DNA of 64,000 nucleotides from a virus: IMG/VR virus record IMGVR_UViG_3300024581_003792, positions 32,001 to 96,000 of that record; one strand, 5' to 3'. Shown piece by piece: positions 55,001 to 64,000 of this stretch (position 1 is its first letter; each line of letters starts with the position of its first letter). The notes under the pieces were generated by a model. It saw only the letters and a program-made list of their open reading frames with translations, ran no database searches and was not told where the DNA came from. The position numbers and the translations under genes were made by a program.

Positions 55001-57318
55001 CTGATGTTTATATGTACGGAATTGCTACTTCTCCTTACAGGAAGGATGTAAAAATATATTTGCCACCCAATCCCGACCAAAAAGATAGAACCATAAAAGT
55101 TTATAAACTTAACAGAGAAAGAAATTTCGTAAAAGAAGGTGAACAAGCAGCTAGATATAAAGAAAAAATGTCGCTTGCGTCAATCACAGAAGTTACACCC
55201 GTTCAATTAAATTATCCAAATTCAGTAATCATAGGAACAAGAATCAATGCAAAAGATTCGCCTAATATGCCAAAACGAACATATAATATGCGCCTAAAAA
55301 AGGTGCAAGTGCCTGCTAATTATAACCCTGAAACTCGCAAGTATGATGGAAACTGGAGTGGGGATTTCAGTCCAGATCTCAAGTGGACAGATAATCCGGC
55401 ATGGTGCCTTTATGATTTAATATCTAATAAAAGATTCGGTGTAGGCAAATTTGGAATAAAAGAAGAAAATATAGATAGATGGACACTATATAAGATAGCC
55501 AAATATTGTGACCAACTTGTTCCTAGCGGTTACTCACCAAAATATCAAAAAAGAAAGTTGATACAAAATGGCGAGCAAAACGGTAAGCCTAAGTTTTCTA
55601 TACAAGGAATTTCATCGAATCAAGATTTTAATTTAGAGTATAATTATCCTGGAAAAAAATTAGCCATATATTATGGCGACTCAACTTATGATTCAATAAG
55701 GATAGATTCTGTAGATAAAGTGAATCGCACCATAACCTTAGATGTTAATCCTGAGCATGATGATTTCGATTGCGCTGTAGAAATAGACTACCCATTAGTT
55801 GAGCCAAGGTATACCTTGAATGCATATATCATGAACCAAGAGAATGCATTTAAACTAATAAATGAGTTTGCTGCAATATTTAGAGCTTTTGCGTATTGGT
55901 CGGGAGGTGCAATAAACTTTTTCCAAGATGAAAAGAAAGATTCGGTTATGTTATTTTCTAACAATAATATATCTGAAGAAGGATTTAATTACTCAAGTAC
56001 GCCTAAGACATCAAGAACTAATTCTTGCAACATCAAATATGTTGATAGATATAATATGTATCGCCCTAAAATAGAAAGAGCTGAAGATAGAGAGGCTGTG
56101 CAAAATAACAATATGATTGAGCAAACCATTGATGGATTTGGCATAACATCACAAGCTCAAGCCAAGCGCGCAGCAGAATTTGTAGTAAAAGGAGCTAATC
56201 TCGAAACAGAAATACTTTCATTTAAAACAAGCATGATTGGTTCTTATTTAAAACCCGGCGATGTTATCGATGTACTTGACAATAAAAGAACAGTCGGTAG
56301 ATTTGCGGGAAAAGCGGTTGATATACAAGTAGACCCAAGGGGAAGAAATGCAGAAGTTCTTATAGATTACCCAATACATACATACATAGATGCTTACGAT
56401 AAAGAAACTTGGAAAACCGTAACCCTTTATGCACCATCAGGCAACGAAACAATTAAATCTCTTGACTCAGATACCGATGTTACTGATCAAAAGATTGACG
56501 ATATGAGGGCAACTCAAGTAGGTGAATATCTGGTTTATGATATAGGAGAAGATGACAGAACCCTTAAATTATATAATAATATATATGAATTTGTAGAGGG
56601 AGACTTTACTTGGCTCGAAGCCTTAAGAGATGCTAAAACCCGAAGCGGCCAATTAGCTGTAATCCAAGATGATGTAGCTCAAGATTTGATGTCTATAGTT
56701 TTACCAAAAGATAAAAAGGCTTGGCTTGGAGGGTTTAATAGAGAGAAACCAGATCCAGAGGCTTTACTATGGGTTGGGTCAGATTCATGTGGCGATAATT
56801 ATATAGAGTATGAAAATGGTTGGGCTGAAGGCTTCCCTTTATTTACAGACCCCTTGTTAACAGATAAGGAGGAAGAAGACGAAAATATATCTACAGATAT
56901 ACCAAGAAAACCATGGAGCGTTTCTGCAGACAATCCAACTAGAGATGCTGACGGTAATACCTTGGGTAACTTTATTTTTGTTAGTGGATCTGAAGACCTA
57001 AAAAAGCATGGCAGATGGATGCACGAATCCGGACACTTAAAAAACAATTATATTTTACAAAAAACTTCTGTAGCAGATGATTACTTAAAGGCATTAAAAG
57101 ACTCTCAGGGTACAACTTTTATGATGCAGGATTCAGTAAACTTTGCAAATAAGAAACAGTATAAAATAATAAATATAGCTGAAGAATCTAACGGACTGTT
57201 TAGTGTTCAAGCTTTAGAATATAATGTAGATAAATTTGATAATATTGAAAAAGATTTATCGATTAAAGCGCCAGAGTTTCCTGTAATTTTTACAGACCAA
57301 AGTGACTATAACGAATAG
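52054..57318 (+). CDS. lambda gpI-gpJ-like fused central tail fibre/tip protein with C-type-lectin-like insertion
   Basis: gpI-like LHGALGKRFG...VPLGYG; gpJ-like DLVSEGPVDG, WTDNPAWCLYD, YWSGG, GITSQAQAKR, LKPGDVI. Confidence 0.85.
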   Translation: MKQVILHGALGKRFGKKWDLNVSSPGEAIAALFANNPEIEKYLNKKQQEGVVYGIKKSGEQDFTENKEFLLSTEKDLHVFPIAQGSGGFAVSLIMTAITTAASMYISKKMAEAMERDDETLKVQTKSYMYNGKENRFTQGQNVPLGYGKLNIGTNVVSACTVNYDYNSETGKIFNFSKGLYSLIPNYHKHYRVDLGPLYSCFALNVFDGSSKYAFVDPAFQEIAKKISDGEFGATDGLYGGFESLRNQQARFVTMPEKKGDAIGGYYYYTFNYAKGVNKQFLGNFGSNGNWYPNPLSDIEGMRYAVTEANAIKSSYVCLQSIPVKENDNQAKIFYPIMFSEDPLEYLHGDQSTDNPRNAYPIQVGERWRGASKANGVGWFKLESTSVYKSIDLVSEGPVDGFSNKNGELAVFDREYKANEGNPEDLRNAKNDYLQGVFLDGTPVKEISFESELEGGIDSYNINEFDIDLGVNNEGHIGTEDQSLLEPQYLFTSYTKDINGDLYGPRTIDSKTLKNSVPSTQFSASSTYEEGDYVEHDGEIYRVQTSYNEAFIESGDYTYDAENMENNSIIYVGEPESATFYKADQGLNEYKQFSGEYVTDTVQYQEGDKVRCKKFDYTMGYYKMGVNSDKFLGTHSKQKNYDGKQGYLLLKENTRGGPNSNSDLYIITGNDAGEGKSLAEFASGLSYYEDEFSNYANDPMIILLNPDKIPGVEDGQVKVTETTFVDVPEGGEIPEGGAVNETIITFDFPQNVVESQIDITPGGTADLAEDLWNQITINAPDDITDEAGEQVELFKNVDESDFDDIKLRRFNEENYLSHTIINPLVEEAYITLQVNELAYVYQGDEVEVEYQLGKLWTFLLAALSVYQIFKGVQEGVTLGGAAASQGTIATAATGTCATPFPNVGACMLAGAVGSTEPVKAAAFIAGGVASGVLVGVLGLILSFVLGSHRFKVGTKVENSGELWPNKARFRIKYGNEGEVLYSTDVYMYGIATSPYRKDVKIYLPPNPDQKDRTIKVYKLNRERNFVKEGEQAARYKEKMSLASITEVTPVQLNYPNSVIIGTRINAKDSPNMPKRTYNMRLKKVQVPANYNPETRKYDGNWSGDFSPDLKWTDNPAWCLYDLISNKRFGVGKFGIKEENIDRWTLYKIAKYCDQLVPSGYSPKYQKRKLIQNGEQNGKPKFSIQGISSNQDFNLEYNYPGKKLAIYYGDSTYDSIRIDSVDKVNRTITLDVNPEHDDFDCAVEIDYPLVEPRYTLNAYIMNQENAFKLINEFAAIFRAFAYWSGGAINFFQDEKKDSVMLFSNNNISEEGFNYSSTPKTSRTNSCNIKYVDRYNMYRPKIERAEDREAVQNNNMIEQTIDGFGITSQAQAKRAAEFVVKGANLETEILSFKTSMIGSYLKPGDVIDVLDNKRTVGRFAGKAVDIQVDPRGRNAEVLIDYPIHTYIDAYDKETWKTVTLYAPSGNETIKSLDSDTDVTDQKIDDMRATQVGEYLVYDIGEDDRTLKLYNNIYEFVEGDFTWLEALRDAKTRSGQLAVIQDDVAQDLMSIVLPKDKKAWLGGFNREKPDPEALLWVGSDSCGDNYIEYENGWAEGFPLFTDPLLTDKEEEDENISTDIPRKPWSVSADNPTRDADGNTLGNFIFVSGSEDLKKHGRWMHESGHLKNNYILQKTSVADDYLKALKDSQGTTFMMQDSVNFANKKQYKIINIAEESNGLFSVQALEYNVDKFDNIEKDLSIKAPEFPVIFTDQSDYNE

Positions 57319-58098
57319 CTAGTTTATTAAGCCAAGCATAATTCTCGTCTCTTTGGCAGGAAGGTCATCCCAGCACTCAGCTGATTTAATTTTATCGTTT
57401 TTATAGATACCTTCTATTTGAGATTTCCACCATTCTTGTATGTGCTTCTTCTTGAATTCGTCAAAAGAATCACAACCTAAAGAGTCTCTAGCTTTTGATT
57501 CAAGAAGGCTTGTGGGGCTAAGAGGATTACCTTTTTTTGTTGGTTTAGAAGGAGATTGGCTGCCATCTGACTTATCAATTTCATCATCACCAACGATATG
57601 TACTTGCAGGAAGTTTCTCACGCATCTTACGAAAGCCCTGTTGCATGCAATTGTCTCTAAGAATTTAGTGGCAAAACTACTTGTATTATTTAATGTAGCA
57701 TTGGCCATATCCTGAAAAATTACAGGCTCATTAAAGGTTTCGTAATTAGGTAGGAATTTTACTTCACATGTTACTGCTACATGATCTTCTTCGCATTTTA
57801 TAACATTGTATGAAACGTTAGAAAACCCTCTAAGTTTTGCAAGCTCTTTGATGCCACTAAGTTTTATTAGCAATTGATGATCTGCTAACCCCTCTATGGA
57901 TCTTGGGGTATCTTTACCCCTCATTTGAAACCAGCTTCGGTTTGGGAATAAATGTTCTTCCCCGACCATCGCCCTCCAGTTTATTGATCCATCTTCATTG
58001 AATTCGTATTCAACATTTTTAAGTAATCCGTTCTCATCCCTTGAGAAAAGATTGGGGCCAGTTGAGTTATCTATTTCGTTTTGCTTTGTCTTTGGCAT
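57319..58098 (-). CDS. putative ssDNA-annealing protein (Rad52/Sak/RecT-like)
   Basis: LSGIKELAKLRG, beta-beta, then ETIACNRAFVRCVR...DEI resembles the SSAP core helix. Confidence 0.4.
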   Translation of the reverse strand: MPKTKQNEIDNSTGPNLFSRDENGLLKNVEYEFNEDGSINWRAMVGEEHLFPNRSWFQMRGKDTPRSIEGLADHQLLIKLSGIKELAKLRGFSNVSYNVIKCEEDHVAVTCEVKFLPNYETFNEPVIFQDMANATLNNTSSFATKFLETIACNRAFVRCVRNFLQVHIVGDDEIDKSDGSQSPSKPTKKGNPLSPTSLLESKARDSLGCDSFDEFKKKHIQEWWKSQIEGIYKNDKIKSAECWDDLPAKETRIMLGLIN

Positions 58099-59260
58099 GA
58101 TTGTATATATTTAAGTGTTCTACTTCTTCCCAGAACTCATCGCTATCTATGGCAACTTGATGGTCTTCCGTTTTTTCTATATTGGACTTCCATGCTGCTT
58201 TACTATAGTAGTGCTTATTGTTTGATATTAAGGTTTTATTACTATGATAGAACGTATTATTACATACTTCAGAGACAAAGTCAAGGTCTTTTTTATTTTT
58301 AGGAGAATACTCTTCCACTGTGTGTTCAAAAAATTTAAGTCTTAATTCTGATATAATATCTTTATTTTTACATAAAAGATTATAATTTATATTTAATCTA
58401 CTTAGTGCTTTTAGATATCTTTCGTCTATTGTTTCATCCCCTAAGAATATAGTCATTCCTTTAATGTTTTGTCTTGCGTTATAAATAAGGTTAATATCTA
58501 TAGCTTTATTGATCATTAAGTTTACTTTGCGCGTGAGCCAATACTGAAGGGAGTCATCAAGCAATCCATAATCACATCTTAAATTAATTAAATTACTAAA
58601 CTGAAAGGAAGAGTCAGGTATAAAGTCGGGGACTACTTCTATGATTTTATTAAAGTAATGCTTGCCTATGTTTAAAGTTTTATATCCAGATAAATCATGA
58701 TCTATATTCAATAAGTCAAGAATAGAGCTAGCCACTTCTTCTGGTTTTATTTCATTAACTCTCTTAGGGTCTTCATTGTCTCTGAACGAAGGCTTGATTT
58801 CACTAAAATCTGGAGCAAGTTGAATGGTTTTTGATTTTTTATTCCAAACAGGTTTTGAACATTCCGCAAACAGGTTAGAGTATAAGCCTACAATTGGAAT
58901 GTCATGAACACTGGCTAGATGTACAGGTAAGCTATCTATGCCGAAATGTAATTTTGCACCCTTTACAATATATGACATTTGCTTGAATGATGCGCCAAGG
59001 GTATGTATATCGCAGTCATTATAAGGAGGGTCATCGGGACCCCCAACCTGTATAATATCTATTTTTTTTTCAGATAGTTTGGGTTTGATTAAATCAAAAA
59101 CTACTTTCCAGTAGTCGTAGTGCCTGGCAGGAGATTTTTTATTATTTGTGTGGAAAGTTATATAATTACTGGAAGTTATTGGATAAAAATGGTTTGTTAT
59201 TCTAGGTTTACCAATTTTAACCCCCAATGACTTAGCGTATTCTTCTATAATGTGGCTCAT
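58067..59260 (-). CDS. GT9 (heptosyltransferase-like) C-terminal half + unknown domain
   Basis: YITFH, IIQVGG, HFGIDSLPVHLAS...PIVGLY. Confidence 0.72.
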   Translation of the reverse strand: MSHIIEEYAKSLGVKIGKPRITNHFYPITSSNYITFHTNNKKSPARHYDYWKVVFDLIKPKLSEKKIDIIQVGGPDDPPYNDCDIHTLGASFKQMSYIVKGAKLHFGIDSLPVHLASVHDIPIVGLYSNLFAECSKPVWNKKSKTIQLAPDFSEIKPSFRDNEDPKRVNEIKPEEVASSILDLLNIDHDLSGYKTLNIGKHYFNKIIEVVPDFIPDSSFQFSNLINLRCDYGLLDDSLQYWLTRKVNLMINKAIDINLIYNARQNIKGMTIFLGDETIDERYLKALSRLNINYNLLCKNKDIISELRLKFFEHTVEEYSPKNKKDLDFVSEVCNNTFYHSNKTLISNNKHYYSKAAWKSNIEKTEDHQVAIDSDEFWEEVEHLNIYNHAKDKAKRNR

Positions 59261-59667
59261 GTTGTGCTATAATATTTCTGCTCTTTTATTTCTGATCTTG
59301 TTAAATTATTTATTTTCTGTTTGATAAAAAATCTTTCATCATTCTTTCTGTATACAGATATAGATAAATCTATAAATTGTTGATCTAGTTGACCTTCTTT
59401 TTCTTTATTCCTTTGCATTTCAAGTATATCCCATAGCTCTGAATTCACAGCTCTTAAACCATCCATTAGGGTTGATAGTTCAGGCGTTTTTTTGTAGAAA
59501 GGTTCGCAAAGGGGCTTTAATAGATTTAACTCATGAAGAATATCTTTAACCTTAGACTCATCTTTAATTTTCTTCATTTTGACGGAGAGAACAGAGATTT
59601 TATCAAAAAGTTCGCCTACAGATATAGGTGTTGATACTAAATTTGATTTAATCGTCATAAATATCAA
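59257..59667 (-). CDS. DUF6165-like protein
   Basis: PISVGELFDKISVL.VK...VNSELWD..E...VY.KNDER..IK..IN...EQK.Y. Confidence 0.7.
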   Translation of the reverse strand: MIFMTIKSNLVSTPISVGELFDKISVLSVKMKKIKDESKVKDILHELNLLKPLCEPFYKKTPELSTLMDGLRAVNSELWDILEMQRNKEKEGQLDQQFIDLSISVYRKNDERFFIKQKINNLTRSEIKEQKYYSTT

Positions 59668-61564
59668 ATTGTATTTTATCTCTACCGTTATGAGTATAAT
59701 TTAGGATTTTTTGCGTACCAATATATGGTAGATAAGCCACGTCAAAATAACCTTTATGCCCCTGACTTCCTTCAAGCATCAACAATGATTCCATTTCTTT
59801 CGAGTGAGGGATCATTTTAAATACAGCTGGATGGTCTTCTATTAAAGCATAAAACTTTTCATTTGTTACAAAGTAGATATTATGATCTGGGTATAAATCA
59901 TTTAAATTATCAAGTAGCGCATTTACCCAAAGAACGTCTCCTGCGCTGCCAGGCATTACAACTGCAATTCTTTTTTCTCTACCTTCTTCGCCAAGAATGT
60001 CTTCAAAATAAACACTTTCTCTTATCTTGGAATTTTCCTTATTAGCTACTTTTTTAAAGTAAGAAAGTATTTCTTCTCTTTCTGCACCTTCCTTGATTCT
60101 ATCCATCCAGTGTTGGTGGCCCTTGTCTGATTTTGGGTCAACATCCATCATGAGAATGTTTTTGTAAATATCAACAAGCCATTCTGAGTCACTATCTATT
60201 CTTGGTGGAATGTAGTCAGGGTTTCTTGGTTTTTCTGAAAAATCAAAATCCCAATCACATTCAGGCATTTCATCTATAATTTTTTCTAACTTTTTACCTA
60301 CAGTTTCTGTAGAGTAATTATTAATCACAAAGTTTCTTGACTTTTTACCTAGCGCAGCTCGCTTTGCAGGTTTCATGTTGTAAACTTTTGTGAGTTGTTT
60401 GGCGATGCTTGATGGATAAGTGCTAGCCTTGATGAATTGGGTGCCTGGCTCTCGGTACTCGGCCCATTCAAGGGGAAATCCTCCACTTTCAGTGGAGCAC
60501 TGATCTTCTCCGCAGCTATAATTTGTAACCAATGTTATTAGTTCGCATAACTTAGCTTCTTGAATAGGTATTTCTTGACCTCCCGAGGTGAATGGGTGGC
60601 AGTAAACATCCATTAAATTATATATTTGATTTAACTGGTCTTCTGAGACTCCAGCTCTCACGCTTGTTGTGCTCTGGCTTTTTTTACTTTTGCAGTATTT
60701 GCAATCAAGCTCCTGTCCTGAATAAGGTTTTACTTCGTAATTTTTACATTTATCGCAATAGTAGGTTGTTAATATATCAAAATTATCTATACCTTTTTCT
60801 TCAATTAACCTAGGTATATCCCAACCTTCAGCCCAGTTTGTGTGAAGCAAGAGCTTTGCGTTTACATTTGGATTTTGTTGCTTGAAAATCTTAAATCCAT
60901 CCAAAAGGTTCGGGACACTTTTTCTTAACTGATTCCTGAATACAAACCCTATTAAAAAACAATTCGAATCAATTTTATGGCGTTCTCTTAGTTTTGCTTT
61001 AGACTCTTCTGTCGCTTTAAAAAAAGTTTCCGTTTCTACTGCTCCGTGTAAAGTTTGAAAATGATTATGCCCGAGTTTTTTCATTTCTCTTTCAGCAAAA
61101 GAGGCCCACCCGAAATAGTGCTTGATGTGATCAGCCGCTTCCACAGCTAGAGGAAGTATTGGTTCTGAATCTAATGTAGTCCATACCATGCAGTTAATTT
61201 TATTCCACCATTTTCTTTCCCAGTATTTGTTAAAAGCCCATATGTCTTCAGCCCCTATATATACATCAGGCTTGACTTCTTTGATTATTTCATCTATCAT
61301 TTCTGCGCCATATGCTGCTGACCTAGCTAAGTTTGGGTCTTGATTTAATTCAGCTATCTTAGCTTTATCGTCAGGAAGGGTGCCAAAGCATTTCCATGGC
61401 ATTTTTGTTAAGGGAATATGCGATTTAGAAAAACCGTTTGCGGCTTCAATTATTTCATACTTACCAGTGCCATGTAAATATTTAAGTATATTTTTTGAGT
61501 TTTTACCAAAACCAGTAAAAGCCTTACAGAAATTACTATGGAATAGTATTTTTTTCTTATTCAT
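59648..61564 (-). CDS. GT-B (GT4-like) glycosyltransferase with Zn-ribbon insertion and C-terminal GT9 N-half
   Basis: TGFG, RNQLRK, YNLMDVYCHPFTSGGQEIPIQEA; CDKC..CKYC; C-terminal MPGSAGDVL...YP...IYFVT. Confidence 0.8.
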   Translation of the reverse strand: MNKKKILFHSNFCKAFTGFGKNSKNILKYLHGTGKYEIIEAANGFSKSHIPLTKMPWKCFGTLPDDKAKIAELNQDPNLARSAAYGAEMIDEIIKEVKPDVYIGAEDIWAFNKYWERKWWNKINCMVWTTLDSEPILPLAVEAADHIKHYFGWASFAEREMKKLGHNHFQTLHGAVETETFFKATEESKAKLRERHKIDSNCFLIGFVFRNQLRKSVPNLLDGFKIFKQQNPNVNAKLLLHTNWAEGWDIPRLIEEKGIDNFDILTTYYCDKCKNYEVKPYSGQELDCKYCKSKKSQSTTSVRAGVSEDQLNQIYNLMDVYCHPFTSGGQEIPIQEAKLCELITLVTNYSCGEDQCSTESGGFPLEWAEYREPGTQFIKASTYPSSIAKQLTKVYNMKPAKRAALGKKSRNFVINNYSTETVGKKLEKIIDEMPECDWDFDFSEKPRNPDYIPPRIDSDSEWLVDIYKNILMMDVDPKSDKGHQHWMDRIKEGAEREEILSYFKKVANKENSKIRESVYFEDILGEEGREKRIAVVMPGSAGDVLWVNALLDNLNDLYPDHNIYFVTNEKFYALIEDHPAVFKMIPHSKEMESLLMLEGSQGHKGYFDVAYLPYIGTQKILNYTHNGRDKIQFDIYDD

Positions 61565-62111
61565 ATAATGGCTCTATATTTGAGTTCTGAAATTTATTGT
61601 GGTTCAATTTAGATAGCCTATGTTCGTAAATATTCTCTACAAGCAGTTTTAGGAAAGTGATTAAGCATTCGCACTCGCCTGGTTCTAGTGAAAGCTTGAA
61701 TGAATTGCCGCCTGATTTAGATATAGTCATTCCAAAGGCAGGTACCTTTTGTTTTTTTTCTTCAAGCTCTTTACTTGATGCGTTGTAATTTTTAATTGTT
61801 ACATTCTTATCCCATGGTGTGAACTTTATGGTTGTTTTGTTTTCGCCGCTTTGATGGAATGTGCTCCATTCGTATCTTCTCTGTAAACAATTTATTATTG
61901 AGCCACACTCAAACTCGTTGAATTTAACGGTTACAGTTTTCTCAGGATTATTCGAATTACCTTGAAAGGTTCCTGATCCATTATTCCATGAATATTGCGC
62001 GATGGCATTTACAAAAAGAACTGGTTCGCTGCTTTTTTTATCGCTTCCCTGAGAGAAAGAAAAACCGAATCCTGTATTACTTTTATTTGGTTTATATATT
62101 TGTATACTCAT
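61557..62111 (-). CDS. hypothetical protein (possibly PC4/Whirly-like nucleic-acid binder)
   Basis: 184 aa with two beta-sheet+helix repeats (VKFNEFEC / LSLEPGEC). Confidence 0.4.
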   Translation of the reverse strand: MSIQIYKPNKSNTGFGFSFSQGSDKKSSEPVLFVNAIAQYSWNNGSGTFQGNSNNPEKTVTVKFNEFECGSIINCLQRRYEWSTFHQSGENKTTIKFTPWDKNVTIKNYNASSKELEEKKQKVPAFGMTISKSGGNSFKLSLEPGECECLITFLKLLVENIYEHRLSKLNHNKFQNSNIEPLYE

Positions 62112-62112
62112 A

Positions 62113-62499
62113 TTAATCGAAATCTATTTTAACGTTTTTACTTTCGTAAGTTTTTTTTATTTGATCTGGATGTTTTGCGCCTTTTCTTTGTTTAGAGTAA
62201 TTCTTGTAATAATTTTCCTTTAAAGGATCTATTCCTCCGTTCTGATCTGCCCTTTTCGCTGAAAGTTCTGAACTTCTGTCCAAGAGATCTCCGAGTGTAC
62301 CTTTCGTGTTTTTTGTTTTATTTACAAAGTCTGCATTACTCCATGGGTCAATTGAAGACTCTGTACTTAACTGTGGTAGTGAGTATATCCTTTTCCACTC
62401 TAAGCCTTTTTCATCAGTATAAACTTTATCATCGTTCATCCCGAAGAAAAGCTCAATAACTTCTTCTGTTTTAGGGTTTTGAAATAAATAAATTGGCAT
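62113..62499 (-). CDS. FmdB-like protein lacking Zn-ribbon cysteines
   Basis: MPIYLF...E......M......WKRIYS pattern. Confidence 0.5.
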   Translation of the reverse strand: MPIYLFQNPKTEEVIELFFGMNDDKVYTDEKGLEWKRIYSLPQLSTESSIDPWSNADFVNKTKNTKGTLGDLLDRSSELSAKRADQNGGIDPLKENYYKNYSKQRKGAKHPDQIKKTYESKNVKIDFD

Positions 62500-62507
62500 T
62501 ATCCGAG

Positions 62508-62536
62508 ATTATACCAACAAAACATCCAAAAGTCAA
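62508..62536 (-). promoter_or_regulatory. sigma70 consensus promoter
   Basis: TTGACT-N17-TATAAT on the minus strand, 8 nt upstream of ATG 62499. Confidence 0.8.
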
Positions 62537-62833
62537 TTACTTTTTATCTAAAAAATTAGCTGCAAGCTGTATCAAATCAAGCAAAGAATCAAAAAACCAA
62601 CAAAGAGCAGAAGAAGCAAAGGGAAAAAGCAAATAGTTTAAGTTCTTTTCGATAGAATAAAAAAGTAAACCAATAAAAAATCCACACCAAAAACCAAGAC
62701 AAAGACTGCAATTAAATAACTCTTTTAATATTGAGTATTTATTACATATATAATTTCTTGGTTTGGCTAATATGGACCCATATTTAAGGATCCACATTAG
62801 ACCAATACAAGATAATAACTTAAGAATTATCAA
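62537..62833 (-). CDS. small membrane protein (DUF1360-like)
   Basis: Hydrophobic; ELFNCSLCLGFW motif. Confidence 0.6.
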   Translation of the reverse strand: MIILKLLSCIGLMWILKYGSILAKPRNYICNKYSILKELFNCSLCLGFWCGFFIGLLFYSIEKNLNYLLFPFASSALCWFFDSLLDLIQLAANFLDKK

Positions 62834-63008
62834 GCTCTTCTAAGGCTTCCTGTATTACGGATATCTGCTCTTTAGATAAGAGTACTTTTCCGCCAAAGTC
62901 ATCGGTTAATGAATACATATCTCCTTGACTTTCTTCTTTTTTTATAGCAGGACAACGCCCTTTTCCGCAGCATAATAATACTGAGTCTCCTTCTCTTCTA
63001 ATGTTCAT
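62820..63008 (-). CDS. hypothetical protein
   Basis: 62 aa, LCCGKGRCP, TDDFGG; overlaps neighbours. Confidence 0.6.
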   Translation of the reverse strand: MNIRREGDSVLLCCGKGRCPAIKKEESQGDMYSLTDDFGGKVLLSKEQISVIQEALEELDNS

Positions 63009-64000
63009 GATTTAATTAATTTTAGTATTTGTTTAATAGTATTAGAGTAACTAAATTTTTCTTTTAGTAAAACTCCAGATTCGTTTTTATTTTTACAGCA
63101 TTCAATAGCTCGCTCTGTAGCTTTATAAAAATCTTCATCTGAAAAAGTGCTTAGATTGCCTTGATTAAAGTCTTGGTCTTTCTTGAAGAATATATTATCG
63201 TATATTTCTTCTTTACCGTTAGGTTCAATTAATATACTATTTTCTTTTGTCGCCCAATCTTTGTGAGAGGTAGCATTCAGAACTACGCTCCACTTCCCTA
63301 AGCATGTTGAATTAAACGCAGGTAGGTTCCAACCCTCTGCCCCGCTTAAGCCACTTAGATTGATGTCTATTGCATTATAAACTTCGTTCATCTCTGTGTT
63401 AGTTTTTAAGTGAGGCAAGAAGTTGATATTTTTATAAGATTTTCCATTAAGCGCTGAAGCTATCAAGGATTTCATTTGCTCGTCCTTGAAGAAGGGGTTG
63501 CTTATACAGCAAGTTAATTGGTAGTCGTTGTTATCGCCATATTTATCAGCCCAAAGCCTTAGGATCTTAGCTGTATGTTTTCTTTTTTCAAATTTACCAA
63601 CTAAACCAAAATTTATTTTTTCTTCGAGGTAGGTCTTCCCTGTTTCGTAAAAATCTTCATCAAATCCTATCGGAATGTAGCTAGTATTATCGCAACCATA
63701 GTCTTTAAATTTTTCTTGGGAGTGCAGGCTGCTAAATACGGTTTTTTCATTCAAATTAACTAAATTAATTTCTGATTCCGTAGGTTCATCACATTCGTAA
63801 AAAGTATATAGAAAATTTCTAGATCCAATAGAAGACTCTGACCCTGTTAGATGCCACATTTTAAATGATGGATTTTCTTTTTTGAGATTTTTGAGTCTAC
63901 TTGAATAACTATCTTGTATCCATTTTTTACAATCTTCCGATAGCTTGTCAAAAGCATCAAAGTCCAAGCTGTTACCTATTGGAAAAAAGCAAATTTTTTG
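63005..64000 (-). CDS. GT-B (GT4-like) glycosyltransferase, 5'-truncated by window
   Basis: Frame is open to 64000; GKFEKRK, SGAEGWNLPAF, CLGK motifs. Confidence 0.8.
   Translation of the reverse strand, partial: QKICFFPIGNSLDFDAFDKLSEDCKKWIQDSYSSRLKNLKKENPSFKMWHLTGSESSIGSRNFLYTFYECDEPTESEINLVNLNEKTVFSSLHSQEKFKDYGCDNTSYIPIGFDEDFYETGKTYLEEKINFGLVGKFEKRKHTAKILRLWADKYGDNNDYQLTCCISNPFFKDEQMKSLIASALNGKSYKNINFLPHLKTNTEMNEVYNAIDINLSGLSGAEGWNLPAFNSTCLGKWSVVLNATSHKDWATKENSILIEPNGKEEIYDNIFFKKDQDFNQGNLSTFSDEDFYKATERAIECCKNKNESGVLLKEKFSYSNTIKQILKLIKS

Noticed and set aside
13-63008. Numerous short ORFs antisense or out of frame to long genes (e.g. 13-240, 24754-25194, 28388-28780, 38297-38746, 39749-40198)
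   Set aside because: They are shadows of well-supported genes, with no start signals or motifs
1-64000. tRNA, rRNA, CRISPR array, integrase/transposase, alternative genetic code
   Set aside because: None recognised by eye; intergenic gaps are very short and long ORFs are intact in the standard code

Overview
This is a 64-kb segment of a large, AT-rich tailed dsDNA phage (Caudoviricetes, standard code). No tail sheath gene is recognisable and the tail tip is lambda-like (M-L-K-I/J), so it is probably a long-tailed siphovirus. Gene order: orphan Xre/MbcA/ParS-like antitoxin, phoH, TM+GAF-like protein, phage sigma factor, ERCC4 nuclease, TerL, portal, protease/scaffold, decoration protein, major capsid, neck genes, a reverse-strand 2012-aa fibre-like protein, tail tube and paralogs, a 4460-aa tape measure protein (TMP), tail tip genes, and a minus-strand glycosyltransferase cluster. 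The most striking feature is inside the TMP: ~1700 aa are divided by ten copies of a G-[FLY]-[VI]-P-N-[FY]-[AVI] motif into globular cassettes. These include an R-S-E type ADP-ribosyltransferase-like domain flanked by two near-identical 63-aa domains, and PD-(D/E)XK nuclease-like domains. The pattern suggests a modular effector array carried in the virion by the TMP and possibly released by proteolysis. The window also shows a candidate transcription programme: sigma70 promoters, a GTGTA motif 9-11 nt before many structural start codons, and a TTCCCA-N14-ATGTAATTTT element that marks a nested scaffold gene and the major tail gene. All product calls come from motif recognition and synteny; no searches were run.
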